A DNA stretch of 34,264 nt from Polyangiales bacterium (GCA_038230375.1 JBBRNJ010000086.1:1-34264); one strand, 5' to 3'; shown: positions 1 through 8,746, counted from the first letter of the stretch. Notes: generated by a model from the sequence alone, not told the origin. Program-made: numbers and translations.

Positions 1-78
1 GGCGGCAGCGAGCAACAGACGCCAAGCGTCGCTCGTTCGCTTCAGGGGCCCTGACAGCGGCCCCGCCGCGTTTTTCAC
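1..78 (-). CDS. Possible 5' end of a gene running off the left edge (MKNAAGPLSGPLKRTSDAWRLLLAAA...), signal-peptide-like
   Basis: GTG at 78 opens a frame that stays open to position 1 and becomes hydrophobic (WRLLLAAA); only 26 codons are visible. Confidence 0.25.
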   Translation of the reverse strand, partial: MKNAAGPLSGPLKRTSDAWRLLLAAA

Positions 79-137
79 GCTGCCGCGCGCAAGCCCGAAC
101 GAAACTGAGAACTGGGACGCAACTTCCCGCAGTAGAA

Positions 138-1970
138 CTAGTTCGAGCAGGTCGCGTCGAATTCTTGCGCCCCGATCGTGGTCTGTGGCGTGCGGAGCGT
201 GCCCTAGAAGTCAACCGTGTCGACGCCCTGTCGCCCGCCTTGCGTGACCAAGCAGGGGGGCGTGGTCGCGAGCCGCCAGCCTTCCGTGAAGAGCGTCGTC
301 ACCGACGGCACCTTCGAAAGAACCGACAGGTAGCACGTGTCGGAGGGCGCGCAGCCCGCGAGGGTGACGCACGCGCTGTCCGTCCCGCAGCTTCCGGAGA
401 TGCGGACGTTCGCCGAGGACGTGGCGCCCAGCAAGACGTTCGCGCCAGCTAGCGAGCTCACCGAAGTGTCGGGAAGGTCGGTGCACTTGGACGTCTGGAA
501 GACCTGGGCCACACCGACTACCGCGTTGTTCCTGAACTGCAGGCCAGTGAGGCACGGCGCAGTATTGGAGCCGCCCGTGTAGAAGCCATACCCGACCGCG
601 GCGATGAGGTTGCTGGCGACGTCCACGTTCGCGCAGTTCACCAGCGCGACGCCGTAGGTGTTGAGGGCAGGCGCGCCGATGATCGTGTTGCTGTACACCG
701 CGCCGACGGTGAGGCCCGCGAGCTCCACGGCCACCGACGTATCCGCGCCAGCTGCGTAGACCATGTTGTCCGTCACCAGGACACCAGTGCCCGACGGCGT
801 AGCGTTTTGATTGATGTACACGGCATACGCTACGGTGCTTGCGAGCGTAGACGTTGGGCTCGCGGTCACGATCGAGTTGCCGCGGACCTGGATGGCTGGC
901 ACCGCCTGTGCGTTGATTCCGAAGACCCCGCAGCTGCCAACCGTGCAGGTTCCCGTCCCGCCGATGAGCTGGCTGCCGATGACTTGCACGCGGGGGTCAT
1001 AGACGACGGCAAGCCCCGTGGAGCCGACGTTGTCCGGACCGGTCGAGACGCCGGCGCCACCAAAGATCGTGGACGACTGGATGGAGATGGTGCCCGCGGT
1101 CGGGGGCGAGGGCGACGTGATGTGCACGCCCACGCTCCCGGTGCCGCCGCTGCGTCCAGTTCCGCCGTCGATCGTGCAAGAAGCGATCGTGAACGGTCCA
1201 GGATCGATGGCAAGAATACCCGCGGAGCCAATCTGTCCCGCGCCCGTGCTGCTGGTGCCACTGCCACCGGCGATCGATAGAGAGGACAGCTTGGGCCCGG
1301 CACCCTTGTCGATGCGCACGCCGCACGATCCGGGGCCCGCCGCGCCGACGCCAGCGCCTCCCTTGATCACCAGGTTCGACAACGTGGGCGTGGCGCCTGC
1401 AGTCACGTGGACGGCGGCGGCGCCGGCTGCGGTGGATGCGGTCACAGCAAAGCCGTCGATGCGCGTGCCTGCGGTGACCGCGGCGCCCGTGACAAGCAGT
1501 GTCGCCGCGGCGTTGTTGGGCGCCGTGAGAATGGAGCTGGGCACGTACGAGACGATCGGGCCGGCGTCTGCCGCCTTCTTGAACGTGGTGCAGTCGTAGC
1601 TGCCGAGGAGCGATATGGATGCGTCGAGCGTGATCGGAGCCTCGTCGTAAGGCCCGCCACAGACGTGCACCTCCGTGACCCCCTTTGCCTTCGCGTGCAA
1701 GATTGCTGCGCCGATGGAGTGCGTGGGGCGATCCGTCGTGCAGCCGTCGTTTGCGTCGGTGCCGGTGATGCCGTCGACGTAGATCACCTTGCACGCTTCC
1801 GAGCTGGGCTGTGAATCGGCGGAGGCCTCCGAGGTCACATCGGCGTCGCCCTCTGCTGTGGGGCCCGACCCATCCGAGCCCGAGAACGATCCGCACGCCA
1901 CCACGACGAAGGTCAGGGCAGCAAGGCTGCCCCACGCCACCAGGAACGTCATCCCACGCGCGCGCACCAT
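138..1970 (-). CDS. Cys/Gly-rich lipoprotein with right-handed parallel beta-helix repeats (DUF1565/pectin-lyase-like); interrupted by an in-frame TAG at 204-206, 21 sense codons before the apparent true stop at 138-140
   Basis: Lipobox VVVAC; N-terminal IYVDG..G.D.N.G...P..SI..AI motif; repeated I.S..I.GG.G units; after the TAG the frame continues GTLRTPQTTIGAQEFDATCSN*, completing a D..G..R....IGA.E terminal motif. Confidence 0.7.
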
Positions 1971-2016
1971 CCTTCGAGAGTAGCCGACCCGCGGCAGCGC
2001 AGATAGGTGCTGCGTG

Positions 2017-2718
2017 TCAGGGCAGATAGGTCATCGCCGGCGGCAGCGTGTCCGCTTCACGATTGAACACCGCACGGGTGGTGAGCAACCCCAGCTCCGC
2101 GCCGTAGCCGAGCTCCGCCGGAATGCGCGCGCGCGTATTGTTGCCGAAGACCAGGTTGATCGCAGTGGTGCGCCGCCAGTAGCTCGGATCCATCTTGTGG
2201 TTCTGGTTCGCGAAGTGATTCATCGCGGCGTTTGCGGCAGCAGCCACCGCCGCGCCGATGAGACCACCGCCGCCCGAGCGCTGCTGGCGTTCCGCTTCAA
2301 TGTTGGCGATCTGGTTCAAGTAGAACTGCTGCACCTGACCGCCACCCGTCACGTAGATGATCCGGCGGTTCGTGAGAATGTGCGCGCGTGGCTTCCTGCT
2401 GTTCACCGTCGCACCAAGGACGATGAAGATGATCCCGATGAGCACGATCAGGAAGAGCACGCCGAGGATGATCATGATGACCATCTCCACGGTGTAGTCG
2501 TGCCGCTTGAACCAGAGCACGCGCTCACCTTGCTCGAGCGGCACACCCATCACGGTGGGAGCTCCGCCCGGCGCGGGCGCTCCATAGCCCTGAGGAGCCA
2601 TGCCGTATGCAGGCTGAATGGGGGCGCCGTAACCGGACTGCTGGGGAGCACCACCGTAGCCAGAGTTGGGCGGTGCACCGTAGGGAGGAGGTTGGCCGTA
2701 GCCACCGGGCGGTTGCAT
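2017..2718 (-). CDS. Membrane protein: Pro/Gly/Tyr-rich N-terminus, hydrophobic hairpin, bacterial PH-like domain
   Basis: LEQGERVLW...ILTNRRII...I.NIE pattern typical of bPH domains; long hydrophobic stretch; start moved to ATG 2718 because TATATT lies 6 nt upstream. Confidence 0.7.
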   Translation of the reverse strand: MQPPGGYGQPPPYGAPPNSGYGGAPQQSGYGAPIQPAYGMAPQGYGAPAPGGAPTVMGVPLEQGERVLWFKRHDYTVEMVIMIILGVLFLIVLIGIIFIVLGATVNSRKPRAHILTNRRIIYVTGGGQVQQFYLNQIANIEAERQQRSGGGGLIGAAVAAAANAAMNHFANQNHKMDPSYWRRTTAINLVFGNNTRARIPAELGYGAELGLLTTRAVFNREADTLPPAMTYLP

Positions 2719-2809
2719 ACCCGCAATATAGGATGACGCGCCGTTGACGCTCCACTCCTTCTCACGTACCCCCTGAATACGATTTCGCCTTCGGGCGTTA
2801 CGGCCCCCA

Positions 2810-3193
2810 ATGTTCGGGATCCCCTGGAAATCACGTCGCTCCATGGCCGCCTTCGCCGCGGCGCTCGCGGGCGCGATCCTGTCGGCTGGATGCGGACCTG
2901 GCCCCGACGAAGCGCCCGCGCGTGACGCGCATGACGCTCCGGTCCCTGCGACGGAGCCACGCGCGGAGCTGACGCTGAACGTGAATCTCGTGGCGCGACA
3001 CGACTGCGAGGAGGCCTTCGACCTTGCGCTCTACAAGGAGCCCGCCGTGGAGCTGATCTCGTGGACCGGCGACGCAGGCTCCTGCGAGAACCGCCGGGTC
3101 AAGGTCCGGTACCTGTCCGCCCGCGCGTCGCGCGGGGTGATCGTGTCGCGTATTCAAAAGCTCACCAAGAAAGCCGAGGTGGTCAGCCCATGA
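2810..3193 (+). CDS. Small lipoprotein with HMA/ferredoxin-like fold pattern
   Basis: Lipobox LSAGC; stop overlaps next start (ATGA 3190-3193); alternative start ATG 2843. Confidence 0.7.
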   Translation: MFGIPWKSRRSMAAFAAALAGAILSAGCGPGPDEAPARDAHDAPVPATEPRAELTLNVNLVARHDCEEAFDLALYKEPAVELISWTGDAGSCENRRVKVRYLSARASRGVIVSRIQKLTKKAEVVSP

Positions 3194-5274
3194 GCCGAGC
3201 CAATCAAAAGCGACTACTTCTCTGGGCCGCGCTCTTCGGCGCCAGCATCCTTCCGACCCTATCCGTCGTGAGGACGGCCATGGCCGAACCAGAGGACGAC
3301 GACGCGCCCCAGGCAGGTGAGGCGCTGTCGCTCACCGAGCTCACGAAGAAGAAGCGCGCGGTCCTGACCGCGATGCCGAACGACGAGACCGTCCTCATCA
3401 ACGTGACCGCCAGGCAGATGCCGGCGAGCCCGGACATCCTGAACCTTGGTCGCAAGAGCACGAAGGCGCTCGCGCGCTGCGTCTCCGACAACGTGGATGA
3501 CCACCTGCGCGGACTGTGCGCGCAGATGCTTGGGCGGCTCGGTGACAAGGCCGGTCTCACGGCGCTGCAGGGCGCGCTCGAGGCGTGGGATGCAGGCGTG
3601 CGACGCGCCGCCATCGACGCGCTCCGCCGCATGCCCGACCCGAGCTCGGTGGGACCGCTGTCGAAGATCCTCGCGCGCGAGGACGAGGAAGAGTCGAACC
3701 GCGCGGCCGCGCTCGAGGTGCTCGGCGCGATGAACGATCGGAAGGCGCTGGCGCTGGTCCGCAAGGCCCTCCGCGACGACGCGACTGACCTTCGTGTGCC
3801 AGCGTTCAAGGGGCTCTGGAAGAGCCGCCACATGATCTCGCACGCGAACCTGGTGTCGGACGTGACCTATGCGCTCGGCAGCAGCGACGCGTCGCTCGTG
3901 CTGCCAGGGACATTCGCCGCCAGCGAGCTGCGCTCCCCCGAGCTGGTCACTCCGCTCATCAAGCTGCTCTCACACCCGGACACGCACGTGCGCAATCGCG
4001 CCGTGTACGCGCTCGGAAAGATCGGGGACCGCGCCGCCACCCGCGCGCTCCTGGCCGAGGTGCCGCGCGTGCGCGAGTCGCGCATGCTCAACAACATCGC
4101 CTTCGCGCTCGAGCGCCTTGATCCGCAGGCGTTCTACGCGACCGCCGGGACGCTTGCCGCTCACAAGCAGGCACAGATCCGCATGAACACGGCCTTCGTC
4201 CTGGGTGACGTGCAGCGCCCCGAGGGTCTCCCGCTCCTCCGCGCCGCGCTCGAAGACAAGAACGACACGGTGAAGCTCTCCGCGGTGCGCGCGCTCGGCA
4301 AGCTCCACACACCGGATGCAGCCTCGGTGCTCGAGCGCTACATCGATGACCCAAACTCCACCCTCAAGACCGCTGCGATCTATTCGATCTACGCGGTCGC
4401 TGGTGCGTCCAGGAAGGACCTCGTCTACGACAAGCTCTATTCCTCGCCGGACGCCGCGACCAAGCTCGAAGCAGCCGTCGCGCTGGGCAGGGTCAACGAC
4501 GCTCGTGTCACGCAGGACCTCGTTACCTGCATGGAGCTGCGGACGTGCAAGCTCCTGGACGTGGACCCTTTCCTTCGCGCATCGAAGTCGCCGGACGTGC
4601 CGGGACGAACGCTTCTTGCGTGGTCCAAGGGCCGCTCCGACCTCACCGATCTGGTAGCGGCAATGAGGCCGGAAGGCGTCGGGCCGCTCGGGCGCAGCGA
4701 GGTCTCGGCTTCGCTCGCGCACCACGATCTGCCCAGGACGCTGGTGGCGATCGATCTCACTGGTGAGATGACCGACGCGCAGGCCGTCGCCGTGCTCCAA
4801 CCGCTCCTCACGCACGAGAATACACGCCTACGGCTCCACGCCGCGGTCGCGCTCGCTCGCGCTGGTCGCACCGAAGCCGACGCGGTCCTCTTCCGCGAGA
4901 TGGACAACCTGCCGTTCGAGCAACTGCCATCATTCGTGCGGCTCGTGTCGCGCGTGACGGAGCCCGCGGCCCGTGCGCGCCTCACGCCGGAGCTCGTGAA
5001 GCGTGAGACGGGCAGCGATGCACCCGTGGCGGTCGCAGCAGCCGCGGTCCACCTGGCGTGGGCGCCAGAGACGGCCGTCTTCCGGATGCTCGCGGCACTC
5101 TCCTCGCCATCGCGCCAGGACCGCGATCTGGCGGAGCGCTACCTGGTACGCAACGACACCGTGATCGTCACCGAGCTCCTTCGCCGCGCCCTCGCACGCG
5201 AGGGCAATGAGTCCACCAGGAACCAGCTCCGCAGGATCCTGGATCTTCGCGCAGACAGGAACCGCACGCCGTGA
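3190..5274 (+). CDS. Exported HEAT/PBS-lyase repeat protein
   Basis: Signal peptide ending AMA|E; many VR..A..ALG.IGD..A...L repeats; ATGA overlap upstream and GTGA overlap downstream. Confidence 0.85.
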   Translation: MSRANQKRLLLWAALFGASILPTLSVVRTAMAEPEDDDAPQAGEALSLTELTKKKRAVLTAMPNDETVLINVTARQMPASPDILNLGRKSTKALARCVSDNVDDHLRGLCAQMLGRLGDKAGLTALQGALEAWDAGVRRAAIDALRRMPDPSSVGPLSKILAREDEEESNRAAALEVLGAMNDRKALALVRKALRDDATDLRVPAFKGLWKSRHMISHANLVSDVTYALGSSDASLVLPGTFAASELRSPELVTPLIKLLSHPDTHVRNRAVYALGKIGDRAATRALLAEVPRVRESRMLNNIAFALERLDPQAFYATAGTLAAHKQAQIRMNTAFVLGDVQRPEGLPLLRAALEDKNDTVKLSAVRALGKLHTPDAASVLERYIDDPNSTLKTAAIYSIYAVAGASRKDLVYDKLYSSPDAATKLEAAVALGRVNDARVTQDLVTCMELRTCKLLDVDPFLRASKSPDVPGRTLLAWSKGRSDLTDLVAAMRPEGVGPLGRSEVSASLAHHDLPRTLVAIDLTGEMTDAQAVAVLQPLLTHENTRLRLHAAVALARAGRTEADAVLFREMDNLPFEQLPSFVRLVSRVTEPAARARLTPELVKRETGSDAPVAVAAAAVHLAWAPETAVFRMLAALSSPSRQDRDLAERYLVRNDTVIVTELLRRALAREGNESTRNQLRRILDLRADRNRTP

Positions 5275-7016
5275 AGGTCCGGCGCGTCGCCGGCTGGGTG
5301 GCGCTCGCGGCGACGATCTCGGGCGCCGTGTACGACCCACACGCCTACGCCGCAGAACCGAAGCGGGCCCTCGCGCTGCTCGCAGGCTGCGCGCTGTCGG
5401 CGATGATGCTCCAGCGCAAACGGCCCGGCCGCGGGACGCAGCTCCCCCGATCCATCGCGCTCTCTGCAGCAGCTCTGTTCGTACTCGTCTCGTGCGTGAG
5501 CCTCGCGTGGGGACGCGCACCAGGCGCGCTCGATCTGGCGACGTGGCTCGGAGGCGCCGGATTCGCGGTGTTCGCCGCACGAGCGCAGCGCGTCTCCGCG
5601 GTGGCAATGGCTCGCCTCGCGGGATTGTGGCTCGGGGCCACCGTATCGGTCGTCGCCATCGTGTCCGCAGTGGCCGGCGCGCGCGGATTTCTTCTGCACG
5701 CAGGACAGGGCAATCCCAACTGGCTGGGACTCCTGCTTGCCGCGACGCTTCCGCTCGCGCTCGATACATGCATACTGCATGTTCAACGCGGACACGCACG
5801 GACGCGGCGCTTTGCGATGTCGCTCGCGTTCACGGCGCCACAAGCCGTGGCCCTCTACCTGGCACACTCGCGCGTGGCGTGGGGGGCAGCGGCGGTCTCC
5901 ATTCTGTTCGTGCTTGCGGCAAGGGTGCGCGCCAGGCGGCGAGCGCTGTTGACCGGCGCGGCCGTGGCCGTCATTGCCGCGCTCGCCCTCCGCGGCGGTG
6001 TTGCCGGGGCCGTGGAGCGGGACGCAATGACCAATGACGTACCTGCATCCCAATCACTCCACGGGCGCGTCTGGATCTGGAAGTCGAGCGCAGTCGCGGC
6101 GAAGGACGCGCTGCCGTTCGGTGTCGGGCTGGGCGGCTTCGGGCATGCGTTTCACGATGCGCAGGGGCGGGAGCTGTCGCGCATGACGCCCAGTGCGGCG
6201 GCACGCACCTACGAGAACGCGACCACCGCGCATCAAGAATACCTGCAAATCGCGGCCGAATCGGGGCTCCTCGCGGTGCTCGCGTTCGCGTGTGCGCTGG
6301 GGTTCGGCGCGATCGCGCACGCACGACGCGGCTTCCACGGCGGCGCGGGTGCGCTGCTAGCTTGCGCCATCACGTCGCTCGGCGACTCCCCGTTCCGTCA
6401 GCCGGCGGTGGTCATCGTATGCGCGCTGTCGCTGGGTGCCTGCCGTGCGCTCCACAGGGCTCGGCGCAAGTCAGCGGGGCCGCGCCTGGGGACGTTGAGG
6501 ACGGCGCTCGTCCTCGGCCTCCTTGTCGCGTCGGGCTGGGCCCTCCTTGGTAGCGTGCGTTCGTGGCTCTCGACACGCATGTATCTTGCATCCTTTTCGT
6601 TGGCCCCCGACGCACGTGCTCGCATGCTCGACCGGAGCGCGCGCCTCTCGCCCCGTTCCGGCGAGCCGCGCTTCGAGAAGGGCCTCCTCCTGCTGCAGGC
6701 CGGTGAGCCCGCGGCTGCGCTCGAGGCGCTGGACGCCGCCGAGGAGCGCATCGCGGACCCGGGCATCCTGGCCGCCAAAGGCGAGGCGTACCTTGCTCTC
6801 GGTGACACGGTTGCATGTGAGCGCGCGTATCGCTCCGCGCTCACCTGGAACCCGGGCTCACTTCGGGCACGCGTCGGGCTCGCGGAAGCACTACGCCAGG
6901 AGGGCCGGCTGGACGACGCGGAGGCCGAGGCAACGCTCGCGAAGAAGCTATCACCCGGCGCCGCGCAGGTTCGAGAGCTCATCGACAGCATCCGCGAGGC
7001 AAGGTCGGATGAGTGA
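5271..7016 (+). CDS. O-antigen ligase (Wzy_C/WaaL/PglL-like) family membrane protein with C-terminal TPRs
   Basis: Multiple TM segments; GNPN, HSR.AW, R.WIW, G.GLGGF and AHQEYLQ..AE.G motifs; TPR-like C-terminus. Confidence 0.85.
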   Translation: MKVRRVAGWVALAATISGAVYDPHAYAAEPKRALALLAGCALSAMMLQRKRPGRGTQLPRSIALSAAALFVLVSCVSLAWGRAPGALDLATWLGGAGFAVFAARAQRVSAVAMARLAGLWLGATVSVVAIVSAVAGARGFLLHAGQGNPNWLGLLLAATLPLALDTCILHVQRGHARTRRFAMSLAFTAPQAVALYLAHSRVAWGAAAVSILFVLAARVRARRRALLTGAAVAVIAALALRGGVAGAVERDAMTNDVPASQSLHGRVWIWKSSAVAAKDALPFGVGLGGFGHAFHDAQGRELSRMTPSAAARTYENATTAHQEYLQIAAESGLLAVLAFACALGFGAIAHARRGFHGGAGALLACAITSLGDSPFRQPAVVIVCALSLGACRALHRARRKSAGPRLGTLRTALVLGLLVASGWALLGSVRSWLSTRMYLASFSLAPDARARMLDRSARLSPRSGEPRFEKGLLLLQAGEPAAALEALDAAEERIADPGILAAKGEAYLALGDTVACERAYRSALTWNPGSLRARVGLAEALRQEGRLDDAEAEATLAKKLSPGAAQVRELIDSIREARSDE

Positions 7017-7048
7017 CGTGTCCGTGGGCCTGTAACCCGCGAGTTGTG

Positions 7049-7054
7049 TATGCT
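7049..7054 (+). promoter_or_regulatory. -10 element TATGCT, 7 nt before the bcp ATG (leaderless-type start)
   Basis: TAnnnT box; no Shine-Dalgarno before ATG 7062. Confidence 0.5.
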
Positions 7055-7061
7055 GCCTCGC

Positions 7062-7541
7062 ATGGCACTCGCGGTTGGAGACAAGGCCCCGGATTTCGAT
7101 GTCACAGCGAGCGACGGTCGCAGCGTGAAGCTAGCGGACTACAGCGGCAAGAAGAACGTCGTCCTCTTCTTCTACCCCGGTGACTTCACGCCGGTGTGCA
7201 CCAAGGAGTCGTGCGGCTTCCAGGACATGTACAAGGACCTCTCGGGCAAGGACACCGAGGTCATCGGCGTGTCGCGCGACGACGACGAGAGCCACAGGAA
7301 GTTCGCAGCGAAGTACAAGCTGGAGTTCCCGCTCATCGCGGACACGAAGTCGGTCCTGGTCCAGGCATTTCGTCTCCAGGACGGCGCGTTCGGCAAGCTC
7401 GGCAAGCTCCTCGGTCGCGCGCCGCGCTACACCTTCGTGATCGACAAGAAGGGCACGATCGCCGGCGTATTCCACGCCGAGATCAGCGCCGGCGTCCACA
7501 CCGACGGCGTCCGCGACCTCGTCGCCAAGCTCAACGCCTGA
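7062..7541 (+). CDS. bcp: Peroxiredoxin, BCP/PrxQ family
   Basis: VGDKAPDF...VVLFFYPGDFTPVCTKESC (peroxidatic Cys plus CxxxxC resolving Cys), GVS.D, R.TFVID. Confidence 0.92.
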   Translation: MALAVGDKAPDFDVTASDGRSVKLADYSGKKNVVLFFYPGDFTPVCTKESCGFQDMYKDLSGKDTEVIGVSRDDDESHRKFAAKYKLEFPLIADTKSVLVQAFRLQDGAFGKLGKLLGRAPRYTFVIDKKGTIAGVFHAEISAGVHTDGVRDLVAKLNA

Positions 7542-7599
7542 GAAGCGAGTCGACCGCTTGGCTTGACGTGGGTTCGATTCCTTGGCAAAAGGTCTGTCC

Positions 7600-7772
7600 C
7601 GCTCGAAAGGCGCCAGGATTCGTCCTTGGGTTCATGCGTTTGGAACCCATCTCGACCCCAAAAGGTCGTGAGCGCCCGGAGAGAGTTCACCCATCACCGT
7701 TCGTCTGACTTCTCCGCGCTCATGCGTGCGGAAGCCCGGCGAGGCCGAACGCAAAAAGAGAAGAGCACAGTC
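7600..7772 (+). promoter_or_regulatory. Structured 5' leader of rplC (candidate cis-regulatory RNA)
   Basis: Consecutive stems: TGGGTTC/GAACCCA (7627-7649), CGACC/GGTCG (7653-7668), TGAGCG+CGGAGA/TCTCCG+CGCTCA (7669-7722), CGGC/GCCG (7737-7747); TTGACG at 7563-7568 could be the -35. Confidence 0.4.
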
Positions 7773-8444
7773 ATGAACACGAACCCCGGCATCTTCGGCA
7801 AAAAGATCGGCTTCACGCAGATCTTCGCTGACGACGGCAACGTCCGTCGCGTCACCATCATCCAGGCAGGCCCCGTCACGGTGGTCGGCAAGCGCACGGT
7901 TGCGAAGGACGGCTACGTCGCCCTCGTCTGCGGCCTCACGGACGCCAAGGACAAGCACGTCAACAAGGCGGAGGCTGGCATCTTCAAGAAGGCCGGCGTC
8001 ACCGCGAAGCGCATCGTGAAGGAGCTCCGCTGCTCGGAAGAGTTCGCGGCCAAGTTCGAGGTCGGCGCCGTCATGAAGCTCGACCAGATCTTCGAGGCCG
8101 GCCAGAAGGTCGACACGCGCGGCACCACCAAGGGCCGCGGCTTCACCGGCGTCATGCGCCGCTGGAACTTCGCCGGCGCCGGCAGCGACACGCACGGCAC
8201 GCACGAGTATCGTCGGCACGGCGGCTCGATCGGCACGAACATGACCCCCGGTCGCACCCTCCCCAACGTGAAGATGGGCGGCCACTACGGCGACGAGACG
8301 GTGAGCATGCTCAACGTCCAGCTCGTTCGGATGGACGTCGAGAAGAACCTCCTCATGATCGACGGCGGCGTCCCCGGCGCAAAGAACAGCCTCGTGCTCG
8401 TTCGTCACGCCGTCAAAGCAAAGAAGAAGAAGGCCGGTCGGTAG
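7773..8444 (+). CDS. rplC: 50S ribosomal protein uL3
   Basis: G.KIG.TQIF, VT.I.AGP, KDGY.A, G.TKGRGF.GV..RW, THG...R..GSIG, KM.G..G, G.VPG motifs; strongly biased codon usage. Confidence 0.98.
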   Translation: MNTNPGIFGKKIGFTQIFADDGNVRRVTIIQAGPVTVVGKRTVAKDGYVALVCGLTDAKDKHVNKAEAGIFKKAGVTAKRIVKELRCSEEFAAKFEVGAVMKLDQIFEAGQKVDTRGTTKGRGFTGVMRRWNFAGAGSDTHGTHEYRRHGGSIGTNMTPGRTLPNVKMGGHYGDETVSMLNVQLVRMDVEKNLLMIDGGVPGAKNSLVLVRHAVKAKKKKAGR

Positions 8445-8481
8445 CAACCCTCGCCGCTACACGGCGGTGATCAGAAATGAC

Positions 8482-8521
8482 GAAGGCAGCTCGCACCCAC
8501 GGTGCAGCTGCCTTTTTCTTT
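8482..8521 (+). terminator. Intrinsic terminator after rplC
   Basis: GAAGGCAGCT-C-GCACC-cac-GGTGC-AGCTGCCTT stem followed by a T-rich tail (TTTTTCTTT). Confidence 0.85.
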
Positions 8522-8566
8522 GTCGAGGTCGAGGGTCGTGGGTCGTGGTTGAGGTCGAAGTCGTTG

Positions 8567-8746
8567 TCAGTCGTCTGACGACCATCCGCGGGCTCGGCTC
8601 CAGCTCTCCCCGCTCACGCCTCGGGGCGCGGGGGTGTCATCCCACTCCACCTCCACGTCAACCAGGCTCACCATCTTCGCGCGGTGCGTGGTGATGGGGA
8701 TGTCCCGGTGGGGGATGTTGCCAGCGAAGAGGTTGTGGGCTCGCAT
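8567..8746 (-). CDS. Putative 59-aa small protein (MRAHNLFAGNIPHRDIPITTHRAKMVSLVDVEVEWDDTPAPRGVSGESWSRARGWSSDD)
   Basis: ATG 8746 to TGA 8567; mostly G/C third positions; fills an otherwise empty gap; just under the ORF-track cutoff. Confidence 0.4.
   Translation of the reverse strand: MRAHNLFAGNIPHRDIPITTHRAKMVSLVDVEVEWDDTPAPRGVSGESWSRARGWSSDD

Noticed and set aside
7567..7586. tRNA T-loop-like sequence GTGGGTTCGATTCC after bcp
   Set aside because: The T-stem pairs only 2-3 bp, and there is no acceptor stem, anticodon arm or CCA; it overlaps a probable promoter spacer
8522..8582. Degenerate GTCG(A/T)G hexamer run after the rplC terminator
   Set aside because: Short, imperfect low-complexity tract with no second copy or defined unit; function unsupported
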